A stretch of 64,000 bases of DNA from sequence record NC_024125.2; one strand, 5' to 3'. This document shows positions 32,315-42,676 of the stretch, piece after piece; positions within the stretch are counted from its first letter, which is position 1; the number at the start of each line of letters is the position of its first letter. Source of the DNA: Escherichia phage vB_EcoM_112. The translations under genes and the position numbers were made by a program. The notes beneath the pieces were generated by a model. The model searched no databases and was not told the DNA's origin. It worked only from the letters and a program-made list of their open reading frames with translations.

Positions 32315-33405
32315 CGTTATGTTCGATTGAGCTCGCTAATTCTCAACCCGTTCTCTTATGAACTGCTACATATTACTATGCAGACCAGACTATATCACAA
32401 TCCCAGAGGGATTCTCCCCATTTCGAGTCGCTTGACCCTACGTCCGAAGACTAGTCGTTGAACCTTGCTTTGCAATTGTCGCCGTGCCATCGTTTATATG
32501 TTGATGGTGATAAATCTTTCTTATCACAATATGGACAATTCAATTGAATTCTATTTGGATTTAATTTACATCTGTCATTATGTTTTAGATAAAATCCAGG
32601 ACCTTTACCAATGTGACCGCAGAAATCACATGTGATTTCTTTTTGTGCAGGATGGGTCCCGTTCTTAACCATTTCTAATGTTTTTGCTGATGTTCTTTTC
32701 TTATGGTCTTCTGACAAGAAATGATGTGAACCGTCATTTACCCGTTTTGATTGAGTTTCTGACTGCATTTTACCACCGCAAAATACATGAGTACCTTCTT
32801 TTATAGCTGCAATATTGCGTTCTTTAACTTTTGCAATATGCTCAGCTTGTTGAAAATTATGTATACCTAATGCAACTCTATTTAAATTAGATTTACGCTG
32901 TATTTCACCATCTAAAAGATGAAATGTACCATTTTCTATCTTAGATTTAATAGAGGCAATATTTTTAGCTCGTACTTCAGGGATATTAAAAATCTGGATT
33001 TCTCTAGATTTTGCGGCTTTAGAAGCTAATTCAGAAATTTCTTCAGGAGAATATTTCATTCTAAGCTTTATAGCATGACAAGCCTGGTAATCTTTTTGAG
33101 CTAAATGTATATCATAATGTTCCTGTATAGAAAGGCACATCAAATTATCTAAATCATTATTTTCACGGTTACCGTCTTTATGATGGATTTCGTATGTTCT
33201 TCCATCAGAATCTTTAGGTATAGGTCCGTTAGCATCTATCCAAATTTTTCTATAGTTCAATTGTGCATCCTCTTAAAAGTATAATCATATTTATATTATA
33301 CTAATTAAAGGTGCAAGCAAAACCTTGGCTGCTAGTTTTCCTATAAAGGACTTTCCAGCAATTAAAGGAGTTTTCGATAAACGTTACCGTTTAAAGGCGC
33401 ATTTT
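32315..33405 (-). ncRNA. Group I self-splicing intron in nrdB (1091 nt) carrying I-TevIII ORF
   Basis: Interrupts conserved NrdB sequence; exon 1 ends in U, intron ends in G; joining restores conserved FYVSFAC; internal HNH ORF. Confidence 0.8.
32451..33260 (-). CDS. I-TevIII: HNH homing endonuclease, full length (I-TevIII-like)
   Basis: 269 aa; HNH motif EIHHKDGNRENNDLDNLMCLSIQEH; C-terminal Cys-rich zinc-finger-like region (CDFCGH...CPYCDKK). Confidence 0.82.
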   Translation of the reverse strand: MNYRKIWIDANGPIPKDSDGRTYEIHHKDGNRENNDLDNLMCLSIQEHYDIHLAQKDYQACHAIKLRMKYSPEEISELASKAAKSREIQIFNIPEVRAKNIASIKSKIENGTFHLLDGEIQRKSNLNRVALGIHNFQQAEHIAKVKERNIAAIKEGTHVFCGGKMQSETQSKRVNDGSHHFLSEDHKKRTSAKTLEMVKNGTHPAQKEITCDFCGHIGKGPGFYLKHNDRCKLNPNRIQLNCPYCDKKDLSPSTYKRWHGDNCKARFND

Positions 33406-34081
33406 ACGCAAAAGATACATAAAAACGAATAGCTTCTAAGGCATTAATAACGTGCAAACAGAGGTAAAGAGATTTCATTAAAGCACGTTTAGCTTCGGCT
33501 TCTTGCTTAATAGCTCGGTTTAAACGAAAGTCGGCATCAGGAGATTCTTTAGCTAGTTCTACAAATTCTTTAGCATTTTCCCATTCACGGGTTTTAACCA
33601 AGACATCATCATAATAGCGACCAATAGATTCAGCACGTTTCATGATAGCTTCATCTAATACAATCTCATCAAATACCTTTGACGGATCAGTATAAAGATT
33701 TCGCATGATATGTGTATATGAACGGCTGTGAATAGTTTCACTAAAAGTCCACGTAGCAATCCATGTATCAAGGCTTGGGTCTGAAATTAATGACATAAGT
33801 ACAGCAGATGGCGCACGACCCTGAATGCTATCCAAAAGTGATTGATACTTCAGATTATTAGTAAAAATATTTTGCTGATACTGAGGAAGCTTATTAAACT
33901 GTGCAGCATCCATCATCAAGTTTACTTCTTCAGGACGCCAGAAAAATGACAACTGCTTTTCGGTCAAATCTTCAAAAACTTTATGACGTTGAATATCATA
34001 ACGCGCAATACCAAGACCTGAACCAAAAAACATGGGTTCTTTTAAAACATCAACTGGATTTGTATTAAAAACTGTGCTCAT
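33406..34081 (-). CDS. nrdB: Ribonucleotide reductase beta subunit, exon 1
   Basis: 225 codons ending ...EAIRFYVSFA, matching class Ia R2 up to the conserved FYVSFA segment. Confidence 0.85.
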
Positions 34082-34132
34082 AAATTTTCCGCTTAGTTAA
34101 TAGTTGGTGACTCGTCCGTGAGTCAAATTATA

Positions 34133-35122
34133 TCATAATTTACAGGATGAACAATCTTCAGCTTTTGGAGTTTCTATTTCATAATCATCAGTACCAGAAC
34201 CATCACGGGTATTATGATAATAGAAATTTTTTCCGCCAAAATACCAGAAATACAAAAGGTCATCAATCATTATTGACATTGGAACCTTTCCTTTAGGGAA
34301 GATTTGGGGGTCATAGTATGTATTCGCTGAAGCTGATTGACATACCCATTTCAGCATAATAGCTACCTGCGTAAGATAAGGTTTATTACCTTTCTTAGCT
34401 AATTTCCATGTATAATCATAGAGGTCTATGTTATGCTCAATATTGGGCACGACTTGATTAAAGGAGCCCTCTTTTGATTCTTTAACAGAGACTGGTCCAC
34501 GTGGAGGCTCGATACCGTTTGTACTGTTAGAAACTTGGGAAGATGACTCACATGGCATAAGTGCTGATAATGTGCTATTACGGATGCCAAAGAGCTTAAG
34601 GTCTTCCCGCAGCGACGACCAGTCACAAACGTATTTTGGAGCTGCGATTTGGTCAATCTTTTTATTGTACCAGTCGATAGGTAGTTCGCCTCGAGACCAA
34701 CGAGTGTCTGAATAATATTCGCAAGGTCCTTTTTCTTTGGCGAGCTTAATGGATGCTTTAATGAGTCCATACTGTAATCTCTCAAATAGTTCATGTGTTA
34801 AATCGTTAGCATCTTCATAAGAAGCAAAGTTACTTGCCAGCCAAGCTGCATAGTTAGTAACACCTACACCAAGGTTTCGACGCTTTTTAGCTTTTTCTGC
34901 TTCAGGAACTGGATATCCTTGGTAATCCAAAAGATTATCAAGAGCACGAACTTGAACTTCTGCCAATTCATTAATTTTATCTTGGTCTTGCCAGTCAAAA
35001 TTATCTAGTACGAATGCAGAGAGAGTACAAAGCCCCACTTCTCCCTTGTTTTCAATAACTTTTATTGTAGTATACTCATCATCTTCGTAAAATTCATCTA
35101 CAAATTCATAATCAATATTCAT
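34133..35122 (-). CDS. nrdA: Ribonucleotide reductase alpha subunit, C-terminal piece (NrdA-b-like)
   Basis: 329 aa; from ...IENKGEVGLCTLSAF aligns to E. coli NrdA DENGEIALCTLSAF onward, including C-terminal CxxC (DCSSCKL); has its own ATG and a 22-aa non-homologous N-terminal extension. Confidence 0.85.
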   Translation of the reverse strand: MNIDYEFVDEFYEDDEYTTIKVIENKGEVGLCTLSAFVLDNFDWQDQDKINELAEVQVRALDNLLDYQGYPVPEAEKAKKRRNLGVGVTNYAAWLASNFASYEDANDLTHELFERLQYGLIKASIKLAKEKGPCEYYSDTRWSRGELPIDWYNKKIDQIAAPKYVCDWSSLREDLKLFGIRNSTLSALMPCESSSQVSNSTNGIEPPRGPVSVKESKEGSFNQVVPNIEHNIDLYDYTWKLAKKGNKPYLTQVAIMLKWVCQSASANTYYDPQIFPKGKVPMSIMIDDLLYFWYFGGKNFYYHNTRDGSGTDDYEIETPKAEDCSSCKL

Positions 35123-35960
35123 TTAATTCTTTTACCTTTTTTCTAGTAATTCCTAAAGCTTTAGATGCTCGATGTATTGATTGATATTCTATACCGTTTA
35201 TTTTTACAGCAATTAAGTTATGGGGTTTTAATCCCTTTGGATGAGGTTTACTGACGAAAACTAAATTATCAAGTTCTGAAATCTTATCCAATTTCTTACA
35301 CTTAAATCCTTTGTGATGCGACCGTTTACCTTTACAAACGGCTGACATTGCAGATGGATTTAAATTATGCTCTTTACAAAATTCGTTAAGACCTCGATGA
35401 ATTTCCTCATGACCATCCGGAAATGTAAACACCCAAGATGTTTGAAGTCGAGATTTAACTTCTGGAGACATAGGAATACCTTTGTTCCAAGCTGGTTTGC
35501 CTTTATTATTTTCAGATACAGAAATAGCCAATTTTCTTCTAAGCCACCCATGGCGTTTATTGGTGTTCTTTCGTTCAATATTATCTTCAGAATAAACACA
35601 CATCATATTAGCGGCAAATATCAATTTATGATTATTTGGATATATCTTTACTAATAATTGATGAGCTATGTAATGCTCTTCTGGTGTCAAATCTACCAGG
35701 TTTTCCTTTGTATCAGAACCACCAATACACAGAGGTATAATATGGTGTGATTCGGTATAGCAATCTAATTTTCTATTCTTAGCTTTAGAAATAAGGTTAT
35801 TGTAAATTTTAAAATAATCCATAACTTTTCCTCTTGTTATGGATTATTTATTAACGGTCTGTGTACTTTATTTGCTTTGAATTATACCGCCAGGATTAGC
35901 TTCATAAAACTTAGCTACATCCGACTTCTTAATTTTGATTAAACGGGTTTGTTGGCTATT
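35057..35960 (-). mobile_element. ~0.9 kb insertion carrying the HNH endonuclease gene that interrupts nrdA
   Basis: Boundaries defined by loss of NrdA homology: after ...CCEIAIPTNDV (35961) and before IENKGEVGLC (35056). Confidence 0.75.
35112..35822 (-). CDS. Free-standing HNH homing endonuclease inserted in nrdA (MobE-like)
   Basis: 236 aa; HNH motif ESHHIIPLCIGGSDTKENLVDLTPEEHYIAH; NUMOD-like GKPAWNKGIPMSPEVKSRL; C-terminal helix-turn-helix-like segment; own SD AGAGGAAAAG. Confidence 0.85.
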   Translation of the reverse strand: MDYFKIYNNLISKAKNRKLDCYTESHHIIPLCIGGSDTKENLVDLTPEEHYIAHQLLVKIYPNNHKLIFAANMMCVYSEDNIERKNTNKRHGWLRRKLAISVSENNKGKPAWNKGIPMSPEVKSRLQTSWVFTFPDGHEEIHRGLNEFCKEHNLNPSAMSAVCKGKRSHHKGFKCKKLDKISELDNLVFVSKPHPKGLKPHNLIAVKINGIEYQSIHRASKALGITRKKVKELNEY

Positions 35961-37301
35961 CACATCATTTGTTGGAATAGCAATTTCACAGCACAAGTTA
36001 CTCTGACGAATAGGTGCCTTTTCACGAATAAATGGAGTATAGTTATTCGTATTATCAATGAACTGCACATAAATCCTTGCTGTTCCTGAACGTTCAGTCA
36101 TGAGCAATTCAAATAGTTCACGGGCTTTAATACGCTTTTTACGAATATTAGGGTCTTTTTCTGCTGCTTCGTATAATTCACGGAAACGGTCTTGGTCTTT
36201 AAAATAAGAATAATAAAGCTCGCCACCCATTTCATGCGGACTGAACAAAGTAATGTAATCGTTCTTTCCGAATCGTTCCATCATCAAATCATTCAGTTGA
36301 ACACCATAATCCATATGACGAATGCGGTTTTCTTCTACGCCTTTGTTATTTTTCAAAACGAGAAGATTTTCAACTTCCAAATGCCAAATAGGATAATAAG
36401 CAGTAGCAGCGCCGCCACGAATTCCACCCTGTGAACATGATTTAACAGCAGTCTGAAAATGTTTCCAAAAAGGAATAACACCAGTATGGCGTACTTCACC
36501 CATGCCAATCTTAGAACCTTCAGCACGAATCATACCAACGTTAATACCAATTCCAGCGCGTTTAGAGATATATTCAACAATTGAAGCGGAAGCCTTATTG
36601 ATAGACTTCAATGAATCTCCTGCCTCAATAACAACACATGAACTAAACTGTCGAGTCGGAGTACGGCAACCAGCCATAATAGGAGTTGGCAATGAAATCT
36701 GTCGAGTAGATACTGCTTCATAAAAACGAATAACATGTTTTAATCTATCAACAGGTTCATCTTGATGCAATGCCATTCCAATAGTCATAAATGCAAACTG
36801 TGGAGTTTCATAAATTTGACCAGTGGTTTTATCTTTAACTAGATATTTTTCTTTTAATTGCATCGCCCCGGAATAAGTAAATTCCATATCCCGTTCGTGC
36901 TTAATTTTTGATTCTAAAAATGTAATTTCTTCTGCTGAATATTTTGACAATAATTCAGGGTCATATTTACCTTCATTTACACAGTAAGAAATATGGTCAA
37001 TAAATGAACGTGGTTCATACTGCCCATAAACATGCTTACGAAGAGCAAACATTAAACAGCGTGCAGCTACATATTGATAATCAGGTTCTTCAACCGAAAT
37101 AGAATTCGCAGCAGCCTTAATGACAATAGTCTGAATGTCATCAGTTGTCATTCCATCACGGAGATATGATTTAATATTTTCATATAATTCATAAGGATCT
37201 ACTGATGTTCCCTCAGCTGCCCAAGATAAAACTTTAATAATTTTTTGTGGGTCAAAGCTCTGAGAAACACCACTACTTTTGATAACATTAATTAATTGCA
37301 T
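35868..37301 (-). CDS. nrdA: Ribonucleotide reductase alpha subunit, N-terminal piece (NrdA-a-like)
   Basis: 477 aa; class Ia R1 homology through active-site region PIRQSNLCCEIAIPTNDV, then 30 non-homologous residues and a stop. Confidence 0.85.
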   Translation of the reverse strand: MQLINVIKSSGVSQSFDPQKIIKVLSWAAEGTSVDPYELYENIKSYLRDGMTTDDIQTIVIKAAANSISVEEPDYQYVAARCLMFALRKHVYGQYEPRSFIDHISYCVNEGKYDPELLSKYSAEEITFLESKIKHERDMEFTYSGAMQLKEKYLVKDKTTGQIYETPQFAFMTIGMALHQDEPVDRLKHVIRFYEAVSTRQISLPTPIMAGCRTPTRQFSSCVVIEAGDSLKSINKASASIVEYISKRAGIGINVGMIRAEGSKIGMGEVRHTGVIPFWKHFQTAVKSCSQGGIRGGAATAYYPIWHLEVENLLVLKNNKGVEENRIRHMDYGVQLNDLMMERFGKNDYITLFSPHEMGGELYYSYFKDQDRFRELYEAAEKDPNIRKKRIKARELFELLMTERSGTARIYVQFIDNTNNYTPFIREKAPIRQSNLCCEIAIPTNDVNSQQTRLIKIKKSDVAKFYEANPGGIIQSK

Positions 37302-37618
37302 AAGTCCTCAACTTGAAAATCGTCTTTAAACAATCGGTTAACTATATGAGCTATTATATCACCATGACACGGCTTTGGTTTACATGTGCATCCTAGCCTC
37401 ATTCCACGTAAAGGCTCTAAATGTGCTTTAGTTATTTCTCCGGATTTAATTCGACGTATAAAATCTTTTTTGAATAATTCAATGGCAGCCTCTCGGCTGC
37501 CAGCATCTTTACCGACGTAATTTCCCCAAAATGTACCACGGTGAATATTAACATCAAAGTCGGATTTATATTTATTCACTACCCGGCATAAACGGTCCGC
37601 GCGGTGATAATTCGGCAT
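37292..37618 (-). CDS. Hypothetical protein (nrdA.1 position)
   Basis: 108-aa ORF between td and nrdA. Confidence 0.6.
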   Translation of the reverse strand: MPNYHRADRLCRVVNKYKSDFDVNIHRGTFWGNYVGKDAGSREAAIELFKKDFIRRIKSGEITKAHLEPLRGMRLGCTCKPKPCHGDIIAHIVNRLFKDDFQVEDLCN

Positions 37619-37835
37619 ATTGTTTTTCCGTTAAAACAGTAATATCGTAGTAACAGTCAGAAGAAGTTTTAACTGTGGAAATTTTATTATCAAAATACTC
37701 ACGAGTCATTTTATGAGTATAATATTTTTTGCCATAAATGATAATAGGCTGATTTGGTCCTGGAACTTCTAACTCGCTTGGGTTAGGAAGTGTAAAAAGA
37801 ACTACACCAGAAGTGTCTTTAAATCGTAAAATCAT
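37572..37835 (-). CDS. Hypothetical protein (nrdA.2 position)
   Basis: 87-aa ORF; 5' part overlaps neighbour so the true start may be internal. Confidence 0.5.
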   Translation of the reverse strand: MILRFKDTSGVVLFTLPNPSELEVPGPNQPIIIYGKKYYTHKMTREYFDNKISTVKTSSDCYYDITVLTEKQYAELSPRGPFMPGSE

Positions 37836-38143
37836 ATTGCCATTTTCCCTTTAATTGCTGGATGCGATTCATAATTTTCAAGGATAAAATCTTTCGGTTT
37901 CATGTATTCAGTTAACCAGTAAAGCTGTGTTTCGGTGTCACAATTTCCAAACTCTATAGGCCAATCAATTTTAAGTTCACACAGTTCTTTAGGCTCACGA
38001 CGTAAAATTTCTTTACATTGCTCAGTATGATTCATATAGATGTGAGTATTACCACCAGAAAATATCAAATCTCCTGGGATAAGATTACACATCTTAGCCA
38101 CAATATGTGTCAAGGCAGCGTACGAGGCAATGTTAAACGGTAG
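37832..38143 (-). CDS. td: Thymidylate synthase, exon 2
   Basis: [36 protein letters not shown] matches ThyA C-terminal half; exon start CTACCGTTTAAC follows intron 3' end ...CATAATG. Confidence 0.9.
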   Translation of the reverse strand, partial: LPFNIASYAALTHIVAKMCNLIPGDLIFSGGNTHIYMNHTEQCKEILRREPKELCELKIDWPIEFGNCDTETQLYWLTEYMKPKDFILENYESHPAIKGKMAI

Positions 38144-38585
38144 CATTATGTTCAGATAAGGTCGTTAATCTTACCCCGGAATTATATCCAGCTGCATGTC
38201 ACCATGCAGATCAGACTATATCTCCATCTTGATAAAGCAAGATGTCTATCGTTTCGAGTCACTTGACTCTACTCCCTAAAGGGATAGTCGTTAGGCATTT
38301 ATGTAGAACCAATTCCAGTTATCAGATTTTACACGATAAGTAACTAATCCAGACGAAATTTTAAAATGCCTCTTCCATCTCTTTTCAAAATCTTTAGCAC
38401 TTCCTACATATACTTTATTGTTTAAAGTATTTTTAATCTGATAAATTCCGCTTTTCATAAATACCTCTTTAAATATAGAAGTATTATTAAAGGGCAGTCC
38501 TACAATTTAGCACGGGATTGTCTACTAGAGAGGTTCCCCGTTTAGATAGATTACAAGTATAAGTCACCTTATACTCAGGCCTCAA
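38144..38585 (-). ncRNA. td group I intron, shortened (442 nt) by deletion within the I-TevI ORF
   Basis: 5' end TAATTGAGGCCTGAGTATAAGGTGACTTATACTTGTAATCTATCTAAACGGGGAACC and 3' end ...GGGGTAAGATTAACGACCTTATCTGAACATAATG match the T4 td intron as I recall it. Confidence 0.85.
38291..38458 (-). pseudogene. I-TevI: I-TevI remnant: in-frame fusion of N-terminal 34 and C-terminal 21 codons (55 aa)
   Basis: Hand-translated MKSGIYQIKNTLNNKVYVGSAKDFEKRWKRHFKISSGLVTYRVKSDNWNWFYINA; keeps GIY-YIG start and C-terminal tail but lacks catalytic and DNA-binding domains. Confidence 0.75.
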
Positions 38586-39960
<1,375 letters not shown>

Positions 39961-39970
39961 ATTATTTTCC

Positions 39971-40213
39971 TTAAACAGACTTTTTCACAATTTTCCAATC
40001 AGCTTTAAACTGATTAACATCAGAATGATAAATCCAGAATCCTGCGCTTTCTCCGTCTTCATAAAGAGGACACCCATCGCATTCATCTTCCCATCCCATA
40101 TCACGTAAAAGATGTTCAGCTTTTTCAACGAGCTCAGAATCTTTACCGATGATATTAAAATACCATTTACCTCTAACTTCTGAATCTTTGATGCTTTGGC
40201 GTTGTAATCTCAT
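39971..40213 (-). CDS. Hypothetical protein (frd.2 position; start moved to MRLQRQ)
   Basis: SD GAGGAG upstream of ATG at 40213; the longer track ORF would begin inside the early promoter at 40225-40256. Confidence 0.55.
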   Translation of the reverse strand: MRLQRQSIKDSEVRGKWYFNIIGKDSELVEKAEHLLRDMGWEDECDGCPLYEDGESAGFWIYHSDVNQFKADWKIVKKSV

Positions 40214-40224
40214 TTTATTCTCCT

Positions 40225-40256
40225 CATGTAGTTGATAGGGTAATAGTATCACACTA
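40225..40256 (-). promoter_or_regulatory. Early promoter GTTTAC...TACTAT with CTATCAACTAC leader
   Basis: Upstream of the frd.2 re-called start. Confidence 0.5.
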
Positions 40257-40271
40257 CTACCCTACTGTAAA

Positions 40272-40658
40272 CTACTTTTTGAAAGTTTTTCGCAAAAGTT
40301 CAATGATTTCATCTACATTGTTTTCGTCTACAATGCAGTGAATTTTTGTTACACCAGAAACTATACCTTCATTAGCGGATTGAGGCTTTTCTAAAGTTAC
40401 CTCAGTAAAGTATTTGAATTCTTCAGAGTAAATCTCAAAATACGTCTCAAGTGGGCCACCCGCCATGTATTCAGTGCCATCTTCCATAGTTACACGTACC
40501 ACACATTCACCAGCACAATCATCACTTTCCATTTCATCTACAACAAAACTAGGTCCGTGCTTCTCTATTAAATTTAGCATCATTACATTGCAACGGCACT
40601 CGTTAGCAAAGTCATTTTTAAATAAAGGGTTAATGATATAAGTTTTTCCAACTTCCAT
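40272..40658 (-). CDS. Hypothetical protein (frd.3 position)
   Basis: 128-aa ORF. Confidence 0.6.
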   Translation of the reverse strand: MEVGKTYIINPLFKNDFANECRCNVMMLNLIEKHGPSFVVDEMESDDCAGECVVRVTMEDGTEYMAGGPLETYFEIYSEEFKYFTEVTLEKPQSANEGIVSGVTKIHCIVDENNVDEIIELLRKTFKK

Positions 40659-40704
40659 TTTGATTTCCTCATTTTAACGGGGCTATCAAATAGCCCCTTG
40701 ATAA

Positions 40705-40932
40705 TTATTGTTCAATCAGTCCCATGTAAAATTCTGCGTCTTCAGAACCCATGTCATCACAATATTCATTAGCCATAAAGAGGGTGAGGTCTTCAAGAGG
40801 ACCTTTAATAACGATTTGAATACTCCAAAACTTAGAATCTTGCACGCTTGTGATACTAAGTTCAGGATAACGATTACGAATAATTTCTTCGATATATTCA
40901 AAATCAACGATGTCAATATCAACTTTAGCCAT
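40705..40932 (-). CDS. Hypothetical 75-aa acidic protein (start MAKVDIDIV)
   Basis: SD AAGAGGAAA upstream; early promoter cassette at 40976-41005. Confidence 0.55.
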   Translation of the reverse strand: MAKVDIDIVDFEYIEEIIRNRYPELSITSVQDSKFWSIQIVIKGPLEDLTLFMANEYCDDMGSEDAEFYMGLIEQ

Positions 40933-40975
40933 ATTATTTTCCTCTTTAATCATCAGCAGTATTGCCGATAGTTGT

Positions 40976-41005
40976 ATAGTACCATGGAAGGACAAGGATG
41001 TAAAC
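40976..41005 (-). promoter_or_regulatory. Early promoter cassette (GTTTAC-18-TACTATAC) with A/T-rich UP element
   Basis: Shares ~75 bp with 58261-58336. Confidence 0.6.
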
Positions 41006-41036
41006 AGTTTTGTGAAAAAATTTTTGAAATAAAAAA

Positions 41037-41055
41037 GGGGACCTCTAGGGTCCCC
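41037..41055 (-). terminator. Hairpin terminator downstream of gene 32
   Basis: GGGGACCTCTAGGGTCCCC. Confidence 0.65.
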
Positions 41056-41077
41056 AATTAATTAGTAATATAATCTA

Positions 41078-41983
41078 TTAAAGGTCATTCAAAAGGTCAT
41101 CCAGGTCCGTGTCATCAGCACTAGATGAACTGCCAGAGCTTGAGCTCATAAAATCATCTTCAGTTTTTGTATTGAAGTCATCAACATTGAATGCATCCAA
41201 ATCATCAGCAACTTTATCAGCTTTCTTAGCAGCAGTTGCAGCGGCACCGCCCATCACAGCAGTTCCCATGACTTGACCGAATTTAGTATTCAGTTCTTCA
41301 AATGATTTGAATTTATCTTTAGAAGTCATTTCAGAAAGGTCAACCATTTGTTCGAACAGTTCTTTCTGGAAAGATTCATCGTCAATGTTTGGAATCGCAG
41401 ATTGATTCAGGAATTTAGATTCATCGTAGTTACTAAATCCAGAAACCTGTTTAACTTTCAGTACAAAGTTAGCACCTTCCCACGGACAAGTTACATCAAC
41501 TGGAGTTTCACCCATTTCAACATCAACTGCAATCATTGCATTGATTTTATCCCAGATTTTCTTACCGAAACGGTATTTAAATACTTTACCTTCATTTTCT
41601 GGAGCAGCTGGGTCTTTTACAACAAGAATGTTAGCCCAGTAAGAAGTTTTACGTTTAACAAGACCATACTCTTTATTGTCAGTGTTGTACAGATCATTTT
41701 TACTGATGTATTGACATACTGGGCAAGAATCGTAATCACCATGGGTAGATGAACATGTTTCAATATACCATTTACCATTTTTCTTGAAACCGTGATTTAC
41801 AAGAATTGCGAATGGTGCTTGTTCATCATTTTTAGACGGAAGAAAACGAATTACTGCTTGACCGTTACCCGCATTATCGAGTTTCAGTTTCCACTCGCCT
41901 TTATCTTCAGAAGAAAAACCTTTATTGCCATTCAGTTTAGCCATTTGTGCAGCAAGTTCAGCAGTAGATTTACGTTTAAACAT
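41078..41983 (-). CDS. 32: Single-stranded DNA-binding protein gp32
   Basis: 301 aa; matches remembered T4 gp32 incl. acidic Ser-rich C-terminus. Confidence 0.93.
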
Positions 41984-42042
41984 TTTATTTCCTTTTTAAT
42001 TTAATTTAATTTAATTAACAGTTGGTGCTATGACACTTTACC

Positions 42043-42675
42043 TCATAGCTGGCATAATTCGCAATACTCTGGGTCTTCGAGAGGTATCCAACCTGAGTTG
42101 AAATACTTTACCATCGATTTAGCAGTTGTATCAGTTATATTTATATTACCTTTAACTCTTCGCCATCCAGGAGTTTTACCGTACAGATTAGAGGATAATA
42201 ATAACACATAATTCTCGTAAGCAATATGAGATAATTTCCAAGACTCTATATTAGCTCGTGATGTTTTCCAAGGTCTAAAATCGTCACGGTTCATATAATT
42301 AGCCAATCTCATATGCTCTCTAACTTCCGGGTCTTTGGCTGGATGAGTTTCACCACTCACACCAAATCCACCACCAGCATATACCAGATTAAAATAGTCT
42401 GGATTATCTCTGGCATTTACTTCAAGTTGGTATTTTCGTTCTGCTTCAATAACATCCAAGTCATCATCAATTTGAATTATTTTAACGCTCGGTTTTTGAA
42501 GCATTAGCGCATTCAAAAATCTTTTTTGTTTACATGAGCTCCAGTATTCCTTTCCGGAAGAGTCATATATTATTCCGTTCTCAAATGAGCAATTTAATTT
42601 ACTACCGATATAGTAGTATGGCGGAGTCTTATTTTTGACACGGTCTTCAAATGTAAACCAATATACTATATTCAT
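42043..42675 (-). CDS. segG: GIY-YIG-type putative site-specific endonuclease between genes 32 and 59 (SegG-like)
   Basis: 210 aa; N-terminal IVYWFTF...YYYIGSKLN resembles GIY-YIG motif; position corresponds to T4 segG (formerly 32.1). Confidence 0.65.
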   Translation of the reverse strand: MNIVYWFTFEDRVKNKTPPYYYIGSKLNCSFENGIIYDSSGKEYWSSCKQKRFLNALMLQKPSVKIIQIDDDLDVIEAERKYQLEVNARDNPDYFNLVYAGGGFGVSGETHPAKDPEVREHMRLANYMNRDDFRPWKTSRANIESWKLSHIAYENYVLLLSSNLYGKTPGWRRVKGNINITDTTAKSMVKYFNSGWIPLEDPEYCELCQL

Positions 42676-42676
42676 A

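Noticed and set aside
35057-35960. Intein interpretation of the nrdA interruption
   Set aside because: The HNH ORF is in a different frame from both NrdA pieces, is bounded by stop codons, and has its own SD and start, so it cannot be translated as an in-frame intein.
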